Under the pieces are notes generated by a model. The model searched no databases and was not told where the DNA came from. It saw nothing but the letters and a program-made list of their open reading frames with translations. From positions 622,170,001-622,234,000 of the forward strand of contig NC_067400.1 in the NCBI RefSeq assembly GCF_016432865.1: a DNA stretch of 64,000 nt, in the 5' to 3' direction. The position numbers and the translations under genes are program-made. Every line of letters starts with the position of its first letter. The first letter of the stretch is position 1. This document shows, piece after piece, positions 48,267-60,674 of this stretch. This stretch comes from Antechinus flavipes. Lineage: Eukaryota.

Positions 48267-49975
48267 TGCTTGATCTGAGATCAGGATAGCTACCCCTGCT
48301 TTTTTGACTTCACCTGAAGCATAGTAGGTTCTGCTTCAATCTTTTACTTTTACTCTGTATGAATCGCCCTGCTTCAAGTGTGTTTCCTATAAACATCATA
48401 TTGTAGGATTCTGGCTTTTAATCCAGTCTGCTAAGCACTTCCTCTTTATGGGGGAGTTTACCCCATTTATGGTTAAAATTACCAATTCTGTATTACTTGC
48501 CATTTTGTTAAGCCCTGCTTATGCTTTTCTCATTTCCTTTCCTCTTACCCCGCTCCCCAGTATTAAACTTGTGAGCACCACTCACTTGCTTCTCTCAGCC
48601 TTGCCTTTTTAGTATCCCTCCCTCCAACCTTAGAGTACCTTCCCCTGTCTTACCCCTTTTCCTCTCAATTTCTGTATTCTCTTACATTTAGCTTACTCCT
48701 TCCCTTTTCACTTTTCCCCTCCCACTTTTCAATGAGGTGGGAGAAGTTTCACCATAAATCAAATATGTCTAAAATTTTTCTCTTTAAGCCAATGACATCC
48801 CCCTCCATTATTTCTCTCAGATACAATAGGTTTTCCTTTGCCTCTTTGTCAGATGTAGTACCCCCACTTTATACTTTTTCTGGTACAATTTCCCTTGCAC
48901 CTCTAGTTTCTAGAACAAATTGTACATGTGTTTTTATATATATCTTTATAGCAGAAATATAGTTTCCAAGATTTCTTTTTATCTTTTTAGGTTTCTCTTG
49001 AGTTCTATATTTGTAGATCAAACTTTTTGTTTAGTTATGGTTTTTTCATCAAAAATAGATGAAATTCACTTATTTCATTGAATATCCATCTTCTTCCCTG
49101 GAAAAAGCTGCTCATTTTGGCTGGGGAAGTTCTTTTTGGCTATGTACCAAGTTCCTTAACTTTTCAGAACTCAAATTCCAGGCCCTTTGATCTTTTAATG
49201 TGGATGCTGCTAGATCCTGAGTAATCCTTATTGTGGCTGCACTATATTTGTATTGTTTTTTCCTAGCAGCTTGCAGTATTTTTTCCTTCGCATGATAGTT
49301 CTGGAATTTGGCCACTATATTTCTTGGAGTTTTGATTTTAGGGTCCCTTTCAGTAAGTGATTGATGAATTATTTCAATGTCTATTTTACCCTCTGTTTCT
49401 ATACCATCTGGACAGTTCTTTTTGATAATTTCCTGGAAAATAGTATCCAAGCTCTTTTTTTCATCATATTTTTCAGGAAGTTCAATAATTCTCAGATTAT
49501 CTCTCCTAGATCTATTTTCCAGGTCTGTTGTTTTCCCAAGAAGGTATTTGGCATTTTTTCCATTGTTTCATTTTTTTGGTTTTGTTTGATTTTTGGTGTC
49601 TCCTCAAGTCATTCATTTCCATTTGTTCAATTCTGATTTTTAATGAGTTATTTTTCTTTGCTCACTTTTAATATCTTTTTTCTAATTGTCCAACTGAGTT
49701 TTTAAGTGAGCTGTTTTGTTCTATGGAATTTTTTTCCATTTTGCCAATTTTATTTTTTAGACAGCTATTTTCTGTTTCCAGTTCACTAATTCTATTTTTC
49801 AAGGATTCGATTTCTTTATCCACTCTATCTTTAAATGAGTGGGATGACTTATCTAGACTCTCTTGCCAAGTTTCCCTTTCCTTTTCCCATTTTTCTTCTG
49901 GCTCTCTTGTGAGACCCTTTTTAATTTCTTCTATGAGAGTCTGGTGTGTTGAGGACCAGATCATATTCCCCATGT
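48267..49975 (-). mobile_element. L1 ORF1, inter-ORF region and start of ORF2
   Basis: ORF 49112-49450 has the ORF1 motifs FQEIIK.NCP, KTPRNIVAKFQNY.AKEKILQAARKKQ and IRITQDLA. ORF 49668-49973 is coiled-coil-like. Confidence 0.92.
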
Positions 49976-49979
49976 TGCT

Positions 49980-52790
49980 GCCAACACTGTTGTTGCTCCA
50001 GTTTGGCTTCTCTTCTCATATTCACATTTTTGATTGTCATTTACAAGATATATCTCTTCTAATGTGAATTCATTCTTCTAACAAGTTATAAGACTGATTA
50101 TTGGTAAATTTTTGATTACTAGTCACTTTACTTCAATTAAACATTAGCTATTTTCATTTTTTTTTTTGGTGATTCAATGTGGTATCCACCATAGGTCACA
50201 TCTACAAATTCTCTTTTCAATTATTTATGACATTTTGACATGATGCTTTGTCAAAGTCAATAGTCTTTGGCCTTTTTATTCTTTACTCATAAAGCACATT
50301 TCTCCAACATATGCCCATTATTCTCCTTTTTCATTGAATTGGATGAGTATTAAAACTTATCTTAGTTTATGTACGATTGTTGACATCTAGGCTTACAAAG
50401 TAGGTATCTTCCTAATTATCAAACAATCCCTTCAATCTCTCATCAAAATCACTCAATTTTTTTCTGAATATCTCTTGCACATGCTACCTTTTCAACTCTG
50501 ACCCTAATACTACCATAGAGAAAGACATCACCTTATGCCTGATCTATTATAATCACCTGTTCTCTATGTTTCAAGGCTATTTCTAAGTTCCAAGCCATTT
50601 TTGTACTCAGTTGAAGAAGTGCTGGTCCTAAAACACAGTAATTAATATGTCACCAATAAACTACAGTGACTCCTTGCCATTTCCAGAGACAAGTGTAAAT
50701 ATGCTTATTGAACATTCAAAATCCTTTGCAACCTGTCACTCACTTTTCAATCTCTCAACTGTAAGCTCTGTCAAGGTCAGGAATGTGTTGCTTCTTTTTG
50801 TATTTCCAACATGTAGACTATTTTCTGGTGTGGATTAGGTTTTTAATAAATGAGTATTGAATGAAATAGAATTCTTATACATCACTTCCTTAGTGTGTTC
50901 TGTGATCCAGAGATATTGACATCTCTCACTGTTCTTCAAAACAGACACTCCATCTGCCAGCTTTGGACACTTACATTGTCTTCCACATCTGGAGATCACT
51001 CTTCTCTCTTCTGGTTTCTTTGGTTGTCTTCAAGTCCCAAATGAAATCTCATTTTCCTTTTTGTTTTTTATTTTATTTTGTATTCCAAGTCCCAGACTTT
51101 ATTTTTATTTTTTTTTAACCCAAGCCAGGGTAATTTTTTACAGCATTATCCCTTGCACTCACTTCTATTCCAATTTTTCCTCTCCCTCCCTCCATCACAT
51201 CCCTCAGATGGCAAGCAGTCCTTTACATGTTAAATAGGTTACAGTATATCCTAGATACAATATATGTGTGCAGAACCAAACAGTTTTCTTGTTGCACAGG
51301 GAGAATTTGATTCAGAAGGTATAAATAACCAGGGAAGAAAAACAAAAATGCAAGCAGTTTATATTCATTTCCCCTTGTTCTTTCTTTGGGTGTAGTTGCT
51401 TCTGTCCATCCTTGATCCATTGAAACTGAATTAGTTCTCTTTATAGAAGAGATCCACTTCCATCAGAATACATCCTCAAACAGTATCATTGTTGAGATAT
51501 ATAATGATCTCCTGGTTCTGCTCATTTCACTTAGCATCAGTTCATGTAAGTCTCCCCAGTCCTCTCTGTATTCATCCTGCTGGTCATTCCTTACAGAACA
51601 ATAATATTCCATAACGTTCATATACCAAAATTTATCCAACCATTCTCCAATTGATGAGCATCCCTTCATTTTCCAGCTTCTAGCCAATACAAACAGGATT
51701 GCCACAAACATTTTGGCACATACAGGTCCTTTTCCCTTCTTTAGTATCTTTTTTGGGTATAAGCCCAGGAGAAACACTGCTGGATCAAAGGGTATGCACA
51801 GTTTGATAGCTTTTTGAGCATAGTTCCAAATTGTTCTCCAGAATGGCTGGGTGTGTTCACAATTCCACCAACAATGTATCAGTGTCCCTGTTTTCCCACA
51901 TCCACATTATATTTCCCTGTCATTCTAGCCAATCTGACAGGTGTGTAGTGGTATCTCAAGAGTTGTCTTAATTTGCATTTCTCTGATTAATAATGATTTG
52001 GAGCATATTTTCATATGCCTATAGTTTCAATTTCTTCGTCTGAGAATTGTCTGTTCATATCCTTTGACCATTTATCAATTAGAGAATCGTTTGATTTCTT
52101 ATAAATTAGAGTCAATTCTCTAAATATTTTGGAAATGAGGTCTTTATCAGAACCTTTGACTGTAAAAACGTTTTCCCAGTTTATTGTGAAATCTCATTTT
52201 CCATGGAAAACCATCCTCATTTTTTAATTGTAAAATCTTCTCTTGGTTTATTATTTCTTAAATATTCTATCTATATGTTGTATATTATCATATGTTTATG
52301 AAACCCACTAAATTGCAAGTTCCTTGAGGTTTAGGATTCTCACCCTACTCCATATCCCTAGCATTTAGCAAAGTCTCTGGGATATACTCAGAGCTTAATG
52401 AATGTTTTTTGATTGATTCATTCATTATTGTATTGATCATGGTTATTAAGTTTTTAAAGGTTGTTTTTATTTACAATGAAATCATTGTATAAATTGTTCT
52501 ACTGGGTAGACTCACTCTTCTTGGCTTCAGTTCATGCAAATCTTCCCACAGTTCTCTGATTCCACACCTTCCATTATTTTATGATAAAATAATATTATTA
52601 CATTTTTCTGCCTTAATATATATGACAGGTCTGAGATAGCTAGGTAGATAGAAATCCCAGCACTCCCCTAAATTGCTTGGGTTAAAACAACTGGAGATTA
52701 CTGATGCTACAATTGATCAATGCTTTAAAAAAAAAACCAAGCAGACATAAATTATTATATTCGAAGTCTACATGGTAAAATAGATTGTAA
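49980..52790 (+). repeat. Orphan copy of the OR2AJ upstream flank (paralogs about 10230-11190 and 62540-63910), with no OR gene attached
   Basis: Shared anchors cagtttggc(c/t)tctctt, gattcattattgtattgatcatg, acatgacaggtctgagatag and gtaaaatagattg. Confidence 0.85.
51058..52186 (-). mobile_element. 5'-truncated young L1, 16-bp TSD
   Basis: TSD tgaaatctcattttcc at 51042-51057 and 52187-52202. Empty paralogous site near 63612. ORF 51463-51777 is the ORF2 C-terminus. Confidence 0.93.
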
Positions 52791-54539
52791 CCATTTTTTT
52801 CACATAGTCCCACATTCACATTATACATGACCACCAAGAGCAAGTCCAAGAATCCTAGACTTCTGAGCTGGGAAGGGATTTCTAGGGGACTTTCCTCCTT
52901 GCTTTTAAGAATCTCAGGTATATACTTTCCCTGATAGAGGAAATGCTATTTTTCCTTCAAGAAGGAAATTCCACAGATTCCTATGATTCCATGTACTCTC
53001 ACATCCATAGCTAGAATTTTATCTTTTTAAAATATAAATTTCATCATATGATGCATAATAATAAAGTATTTAGCAACCTGAACTTTGAGCCCATGTCAGC
53101 CATTTACTAATTATTAAATCTTGTTCACATAATTTCTCTATATTTCTATTCCTTCATTGATAAATGAGTAGCAATACTTAGATTGTTCACACCAAAAGTT
53201 TGTGGAGAGAAAAGCCCTCTGTATAATGGAAAATGCTATAAAATGTAAACTACTATTTTTATTCCCCCACTTTCCAGCCCACAGTAGGAAAGGATTTTCC
53301 CAGTCATTCTTCAAAAGTCCCCTGCTTACACAAACATAATTCTGATGTCCTCTCACCTGTATAAGTGATGGTGCTCATCATATCCTTAGGATGCCATTTC
53401 TCAGCCCTGACAATTTCCTCAAAGCTAATGGATGTGATGAAAGATGGATTGTAATACTATACACAGTCTCTAACAAACTCCTATATGCTGGTGGTTCTGT
53501 TTTTGAAGTCACTGGCCCTACTGTCCAAGTCCTTGGGGAGACCCCTTTGCCCTGCAACTAACACTTAATCTGAGTTTTGTTTCTTTGGAGAGTATCCTGG
53601 CTCTAGACCCACAAAAATATATCCTTTCCTGCTGAGATCACTGTTGACTTATATATCTACCAATGAAAGGCCATGAGGGACTAGCATGGCATGGCCTCAC
53701 TAACCAAGAGATTAATGATAGCATATCAGAGGAGAATACCACTTGAGAAATCATCTTCTTCAACCCCCTCATCTTAAAGTCACAGTCACTAATTTCTGGG
53801 GAGAAGTGGCTAGTTGGCTTAACACATTAGGTCTCTGGTAGATTCTAAATTACAAGCACAGTGCCTTCCAGTCAGTCCAGTTTCATGTTCTTCTCAGTAC
53901 TGGGAAGGTTGGAATGTTAAAATTGAAAGTTACCTCCAGGATCATTTAAAGAAAGATGCAATGATCCACAGGACTATAGGTAACAACCCCCATATGTGGA
54001 CCAACTGTGGAATCTGCTGCTGCACAAATCTACCAAGGATGTTGGGGCTTTCTTCTTCACATTACAGTGAAGTTGAAGCTACAAAAGAGTGCCATTGCTC
54101 TGCTTTTGAGCAAGGAGACCTCTCCTTTTTGTGTGTCTTTGGCTGTTAATCTGGGGAAGACTGTGTATTCCTGCTCAGAATCACATGTTTAAATGCATAA
54201 AGTGAGATACAAAGCATTATAAAAGGAATTAGTGATAGTGAAATAGAGCAATAAACATCAGAACAAACAAGTTGATGGACTGATAATTCTTGAGAGGGAA
54301 AAGATTATAATGGAGACAATCAGAATAAAGGCAGTATTTGCTTCTCAATGAATAGAACAATCTAAGGTGAATCTAATAAGCATGGATCATGGAAAGAAAT
54401 GGTCAACAGACAACTATATCATTAATGAGTTGTATATAAGCAAATTTGAACCCTAGAAAAAATTCATAGGAATATGAGAAGCACAAATTTTCCTATAAAG
54501 AGCATGAAATTTGATTGAGAAGGTGCCAGGGTAAAGAAG

Positions 54540-55400
54540 ATGAGGGAGTGAAGGGGAGTGGGGGGAGAAACACAGGGAGAGATAAAAGGGAAGGGGAGTG
54601 AGAGGGGTGAGAGAATAGAGAGAGACAGAGACAGAGGCAGAGACAGAGAGACAGACAGGCAGAGATAGATACAGAGAGACAGAGTGACAGAGACAGAGAA
54701 ACAGAACCAGAGACAGAGAGAGACAGAGACAGAGAGACACACAGAGAAACAGACAGAAAAGAGACAGAGACAGAGAGACAGGCAAAACAACAGACATGTA
54801 GATAGAAAATAGAAGTAGAGACAGAAAAAGAAAGAGACAGACAGACAAATAAAGACAGAGGTAGAGAGAAGGGAGATAGAGATAGACAGAGACAAAGAAA
54901 GAGATAAACAGATAAGAAAGCAGACAAGGAAACAAAAAGACAGAGACTAAGAAATACAGAAAGTTAAATAGATATGGAAAGAGACAGAGACAGAGGCAGA
55001 AAGAGAGACATAGATACAGAAAGAGAGAGAGAGAGAGAAATGAGATAAATGTAAATACAGAGACTGAGAGAGATGCATACACAGAGAAACAAAGACACAG
55101 AGAGAAGAACTCAGAGCTACAGAGACAGAAAAAATGAAATAGAGGCAAAGATCAACAGAAATACACATACACATATTATATACATAGNNNNNNNNNNNNN
55201 NNNNNNNNNNNNNNNNNNNNNNNNNNNNNNNNNNNNNNNNNNNNNNNNNNNNNNNNNNNNNNNNNNNNNNNNNNNNNNNNNNNNNNNNNNNNNNNNNNNN
55301 NNNNNNNNNNNNNNNNNNNNNNGGGAAAGAGGTGGTCACAGATGAGAGACAGATTGAAACCCAGAGGCAGAAACAGACAGACAAACAGAAGCAGTCAAAG
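54540..55400. repeat. Purine-rich GAGACA/GACA degenerate simple repeat (interrupted by an N gap)
   Basis: Read directly. It generates the artefactual S/L/C-rich minus-strand ORFs. Confidence 0.92.
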
Positions 55401-58400
55401 AATTAAAAGCAAGTAAAGGCTGCAAAGACAAGCTACTATTTCTTGGCCTACAGAACATGTATCCTGGGTAGCAAACAGGACTTGCCTGGAGGCTCGGAAT
55501 TTTCCTGGATCACTAGACTCCTTATTTTCTCCATCCCTTAAATGGAGAAGCCCAATTTGGATCATGACTGCCTGAATCTTGCTCCTTTCTCAGTGGTAGA
55601 AAAGAAAGAAGTAGAAAGGTGGACTCTTAGCTTCCATTCATTTACAGGGATAAAGAAAAGGAGAATTAAGGCAGTGGCTCATTGACCATGATTTTAGACC
55701 TTTCTGAGGACCTCCCTTAAAAATTATGGGAGCAAGAGGTGGGAAGGTAAAGGGTCCCATCCTCAATGTCTGCCTACTTCTGATAAAGCCGGGTATCAGG
55801 TACAAATTTTGTCTCCTCCCAACTCTACTTTCAAAGGGATTCAGGGCCCATTTTGGTGTGTGCTCCATTACCATAGGGCCAGCCTGGGAGGGACTGCTAG
55901 TAAAGGAAGAGTGATCTAGCTTCTTCTTCAGGTTGTGTAAAATTGGATGAAGGGACTCCTGTGTTATACTTATGACAGGAAGGTGCCCCCCTCATCTGTG
56001 ACCAATAGGGAATTAGTCCTGCTTTGGTAGAAGCTAGGAGAAAATGGGGTAAAGAGCTGGGCTCATCCCCATCTCCAAAGCCAATAAGGGCCAACTGTTT
56101 CTTGTCATATTGTGAAGGAGCTAGAGACCAACAGAAAGTGACCATTAATGACATTGTCAATGAAAAGGGAAGCTAAGGACAGCTCACCAAACTCTCCAAG
56201 TTTGTGGGAATAAAAACACACAAACAAATTTGACCGTAGCAGATAATAAAAATTAGGACTTTATGTATTTTCATAAATTTGTGGATGATGTCAATGAGGG
56301 CCAAAGAATGGGAATGACATAACTAAGACACAATATCCTACTGAAAATAAACATGGATTGGAACTCAGAACTCCTAATTCCCAAACTCAACTGACAGAAT
56401 AAATTGTGCCTATATCTAAATAAAGGTCAACTTCTAGTTAATTTAAACATGAGTCAGATTTCTGAGCTGTGGCTTAAATATAAAATGATAGATGCCTGAG
56501 CTGGGTGGTACCATTTAAGCAGTCCTGGACAGAAAATATTTATCTAGATTCTTCTTACTGGATTCAAAGGGATGTTAAAATTCAAGGAAACGAAGGAGAA
56601 ATGTTCTTCCATATATCCACAAACCTTGATACCCCAGGAAGTGGATACAATGCAAGAAGTACGGAGCTGTAGAAATACTTAGAAGCTCCCAAACATCAGG
56701 AGTGACATACTCTTCCCCTCCCCCTGTAGGTTAGGTTTTTTTTTTCTTAAACGATAGGGAGTCTATTGTCAAGTTTTGGTTCAAAGGTCTAAAGGCTCAG
56801 TCTGTTATCACTTCCAGGTCAACTGAATATAAAGCACATCTGGGGAGCTTTATCATGAAAAGTCATTCAGACCAGGATACCTTTCCCAATTAAATAAACT
56901 CAAAGTAGTTTCCGTGCTTGTTCTTGGTGAATACCCCTTCTTAATAATTAAGTAACTTTTTAGTTAACTATTGAATGTCTTCTGAGTGTCTCATTTTGTT
57001 CTCATATCAAACTAAGAAGACCAATCTGAGTAAAGGCCAAACAGGAATATCAGTAAAGAAGCCAATACCAAAACCTTTGGTCTCCAGTGTCTATAAACAA
57101 TACCACCAGTTTAGTAAATAAGCAAGATTAAGCAGAGACCACAACAGGAGGCAAATTTGACCTCAAATATTGCTGACATTTAGGGGAGTACAATGGAATA
57201 GATGGAATGAAAGTTTTCAAAAAACGATCTGGGAGATGTTCTACTCTCTAATTTCACAACAAGACACTATATTTTCACAATAATACTAAGATCTTTTAAT
57301 TACCAATACAGCAAATGTCAATATATATATATATATATATGTAGTTATAACCCACATAAACAAAAGCTCTTTGGGGATGCAGTACTCAATGCTTTTTTAA
57401 CAGTGTGAAGGGGTTTCAAGATCAAAACATTTAATATTTCATTTTAAAGGAACAGACTAAGTAAAGTATGATTATAGTTATATTGTAGATTCACATAAGA
57501 AAATTCAGGCCTGGGAATGGGGAAGCATAGTAGAAAGCATTTGAGAGAAGATTTCTGAAATATACTACTGCCTATTTGGAAAGAAAGGAGACTTACAAAA
57601 GGACTTTGGGAAAGAGCTTTCAAACCTGTCATTGATGAAAAACTTCACTTATTCTGATATCTGTTCCAGTCTTCTCAGCAAAAAGCAGAGCTACTAAAAT
57701 TTTTTGACTGGTCTTAATTAACATTATGTGATTCTTCAAAAGTTGGATGAGCAAAAGAAGAAACCTCTTCTGGAGGTCTCATCCTGAGAAAATATGGCAG
57801 GATTATGAAAAGTGTTTGAGTGAAGATTAAAAGAAGGAGAAACATGAAATTTCAGTAGATAGCCATTTCCTTTGCTATCAGCAATAGGTGAATCTTTCCA
57901 CACCAACAGATTCTGCTATAAGAGTAGTATTTGTCCAACAGATGATCCATATGGAATTTACAATCTGTCCAATTTAAGAAAGTTTTATGTCTAGTTTATT
58001 GTCTCTTTAAATTATGATCCAAGAGGAAAATAAACTAATCCAAAATAACTGTTTCTGTATGGCTGTAACCACTTGTGCCAGAAAATTGCTAGGAACAGAT
58101 GAGCTCAATGAAAGATTCAGTAAGAGACAATCACAATAATAGTTTCTTTGCTCCTATTGGCATCTCATAAGAAAAATAGCCTTTATATGGAATAAATTTT
58201 TCTTCAATAAATGAGGTGAAAAATGTGTTCTTTTAACAAGGCTAAAATAAATATATTGGCAGTTTTGTCCATTTCAAATCTGTCTGTTCCTGCCTTGCTA
58301 TATCAAGTCTTTCAAATGTAACAGTTGCATAAAGGATAACTTTAGATTTCTAATATCAACCAAAAAACAAAACTGACCAAATTAATATTTATTCAGGAAT

Positions 58401-60674
58401 GCAAACTTATTTATTGCCCCCAAATGTCATGATAGACTATGTGATGTTGCTGGCTAAAACAAAAGTACCTCTTAGCATCTAGACTTGAAGAACAAAGAAA
58501 TATCCAATTTGTGGTCCGACTTTCAAAATCAAAATTTTTTTGAACAATCTTCACATCTTTCAAAGTCATTTGGTAAGAAAAGTAAGTCAGGGGCATTAAA
58601 TGTAAAATATAATAACCATTTGCTAACCCTCATTAGATATATTACCTTTTGATAAGACTAAGTTAAAAAATGTAGATTTTTAAAATGATATAATTGCCTA
58701 AATTCTACATTCAACATTACTTAAATCACTGGTCTAGTTGAGTTTTGTCCTGTCGTTGGACTTTCCTGACTTTGGACAGATTGAGGTTGATGACTTTTTG
58801 CAACTTGGCCTTTTTTTAAATCCAATTCAAGCACAAGTCAAGACATTACCTTGTGATGTAATTGGCCTTCTTTGAAAATAAAAGATAAACAACATTTGGG
58901 TAAATGAATTAAGAAAAAATATCAAGATGACAAAGGGCCCTAGTTGGACCAGTAGTTTCTATCTAGGTTTTGGTGGGATGATAAGGCTGGAAGCCATGTT
59001 GTAAGGAGTTAAGAACAAAGTGAGAGCAGAGTACAGCCATGTATTATAAATGGCTTCTTCAGGAAATTTATCCACAAAAGGCAGATGAGATCCATGCTCA
59101 TTGGTAAGGATGCAAGGATCAAGTGAGGGATTTTTGGGGGCAACTAAATGGGGGAGAAATGGACATATTTATAGATAGTAGGAAATGAACTAATAGACAG
59201 GAAGAGACTGAAAATTAGGGATAGTGTAAAGATAACAGAGTGCAATAGTTTTTTAGAGGACACAGTAAAGAACATTTCTTGAGCAAGTAGAGGAATTAAC
59301 TTTAGTAAAGATTAAAGCTAAAGTGAGATGGAGTGAAGAAGTAGATAGTTGGAAAAGGCTAGAAGTGAAATGCAATGAGATTGAGGAGAAAAAATAAAGT
59401 TTCTTACTTCATTTTCTTCTGCAAAAGATGAGACAAAGATCTCAGCTGAGATGGAGAGAATATATAGAGTAATGTGAGGCTTAAAGATGGGTGAAAAAGG
59501 TTGAAAGAGCCATTGTGGAGAGTAGGATAATGTGTGAGAGGGTAGATGTAGTAGGATATCCTGGTAGCACTGAGGGTCCACTTGAGATTGTGAGTCATTA
59601 ACATGTTGTTGCCCTATTCAGAATGGCCACTGGAGTTCCTTCATTTTTCTTCAGCAGAATATGTACAGGACTGAAAGTAGTATATGATGGGAATAAGGCA
59701 CAGTTGAATAAAAACAGTAAAAGACAGAAAAGAACAGTATGTACTGTTACAATCCATACTGTTAAGCACCATGAATGAATATAGAAAGGATATAAAGCCC
59801 AGGCTCCTAAGGACTCCATGTTCTATTAGATACATAAGAGAGAGGAGGTTGGTTCATAACATAGGGAAAGGAGAAGCAGAATTTGACTAAGGTGAAGGAT
59901 AAAGATACATACAAATATGTGTGTATACATTATATAAAAGGCTTCAGAACATTGAATAATTTATCAAATATTTGTGATGTAGCATGCAGAAAAATCTCAT
60001 AGCATATAAAACTATAGAAAAATTATGTTATAGATCAGTAGAGAGAAAACCAATAATTCAGAAACCTAGATAATTGTATTCATTGGTTTGAAAGGAAAAC
60101 CAAAGATCACCTGCAATTACACCATCACAACCATGTATTCTACTTATTCAGGATAAAATTATTTCCTTTGTCAGTAAAGATAAGGAGTGTGTGCATACGT
60201 GTGTGTGTGCATGCGCATGTGTGTGAACTGTATGCTGTCTGAGAGTAAACCCTGGAAAAGTTTGATTACAGACAGCCAGTGAGGAATTCTCTGACATGGT
60301 CCACTTGTGTTATCAAGAAAAATGCAGTTTGATAGTACCTGAGAAAGAAAGATTTTTGCTTTGAATTGTGGAACTTTTAAACCAATTTTAAAATATAATT
60401 TTAATATTTGGTTGCTACCCTTTACATATGAGATCATTATGTTATGGAAAGATTGGGACATGAATCAGTAATATCATTCTTAGTCTAAAGTGAACTAAAA
60501 TTCATGCAACAAATTTAACAAATTAACAGAATATCCAATAGTGTTTTCTTGGAGAAGCAAATATGTAGTTATTTGAACTGATTTCATTGTATATTTAATG
60601 GTAGCAAGAAGTATCATTTTTGTTGTCAACCCAATAGGTCATCAATGAACATAAAACCTGATTTTAAATAAATA

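Larger units (their letters stand above)
36349..48831 (+). repeat. Tandem segmental duplication, unit 2
   Basis: Collinear with 17209-36334 apart from unit-specific insertions and a deletion equivalent to 29420-35299. Confidence 0.93.

Noticed and set aside
35300-48831. Direct LTR-L1 repeats flanking unit 2, read as a provirus or a composite transposon carrying an OR gene
   Set aside because: Both LTRs share the same junction with the same host L1, and there is no internal ERV sequence, PBS or PPT. They are explained by the tandem duplication plus deletion.
54453-55384. Cys/Ser/Leu-rich ORFs up to 231 aa
   Set aside because: They are translations of the GAGACA simple repeat, whose complement lacks stop codons.
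57440-58200. Possible degraded OR or V2R pseudogene on the minus strand (gctttctactatgcttcc; IIVIVSY; EIFS)
   Set aside because: The motif-like bits are not in the right order or spacing, and there is no LHTPMY, DRY or NPxIY equivalent.
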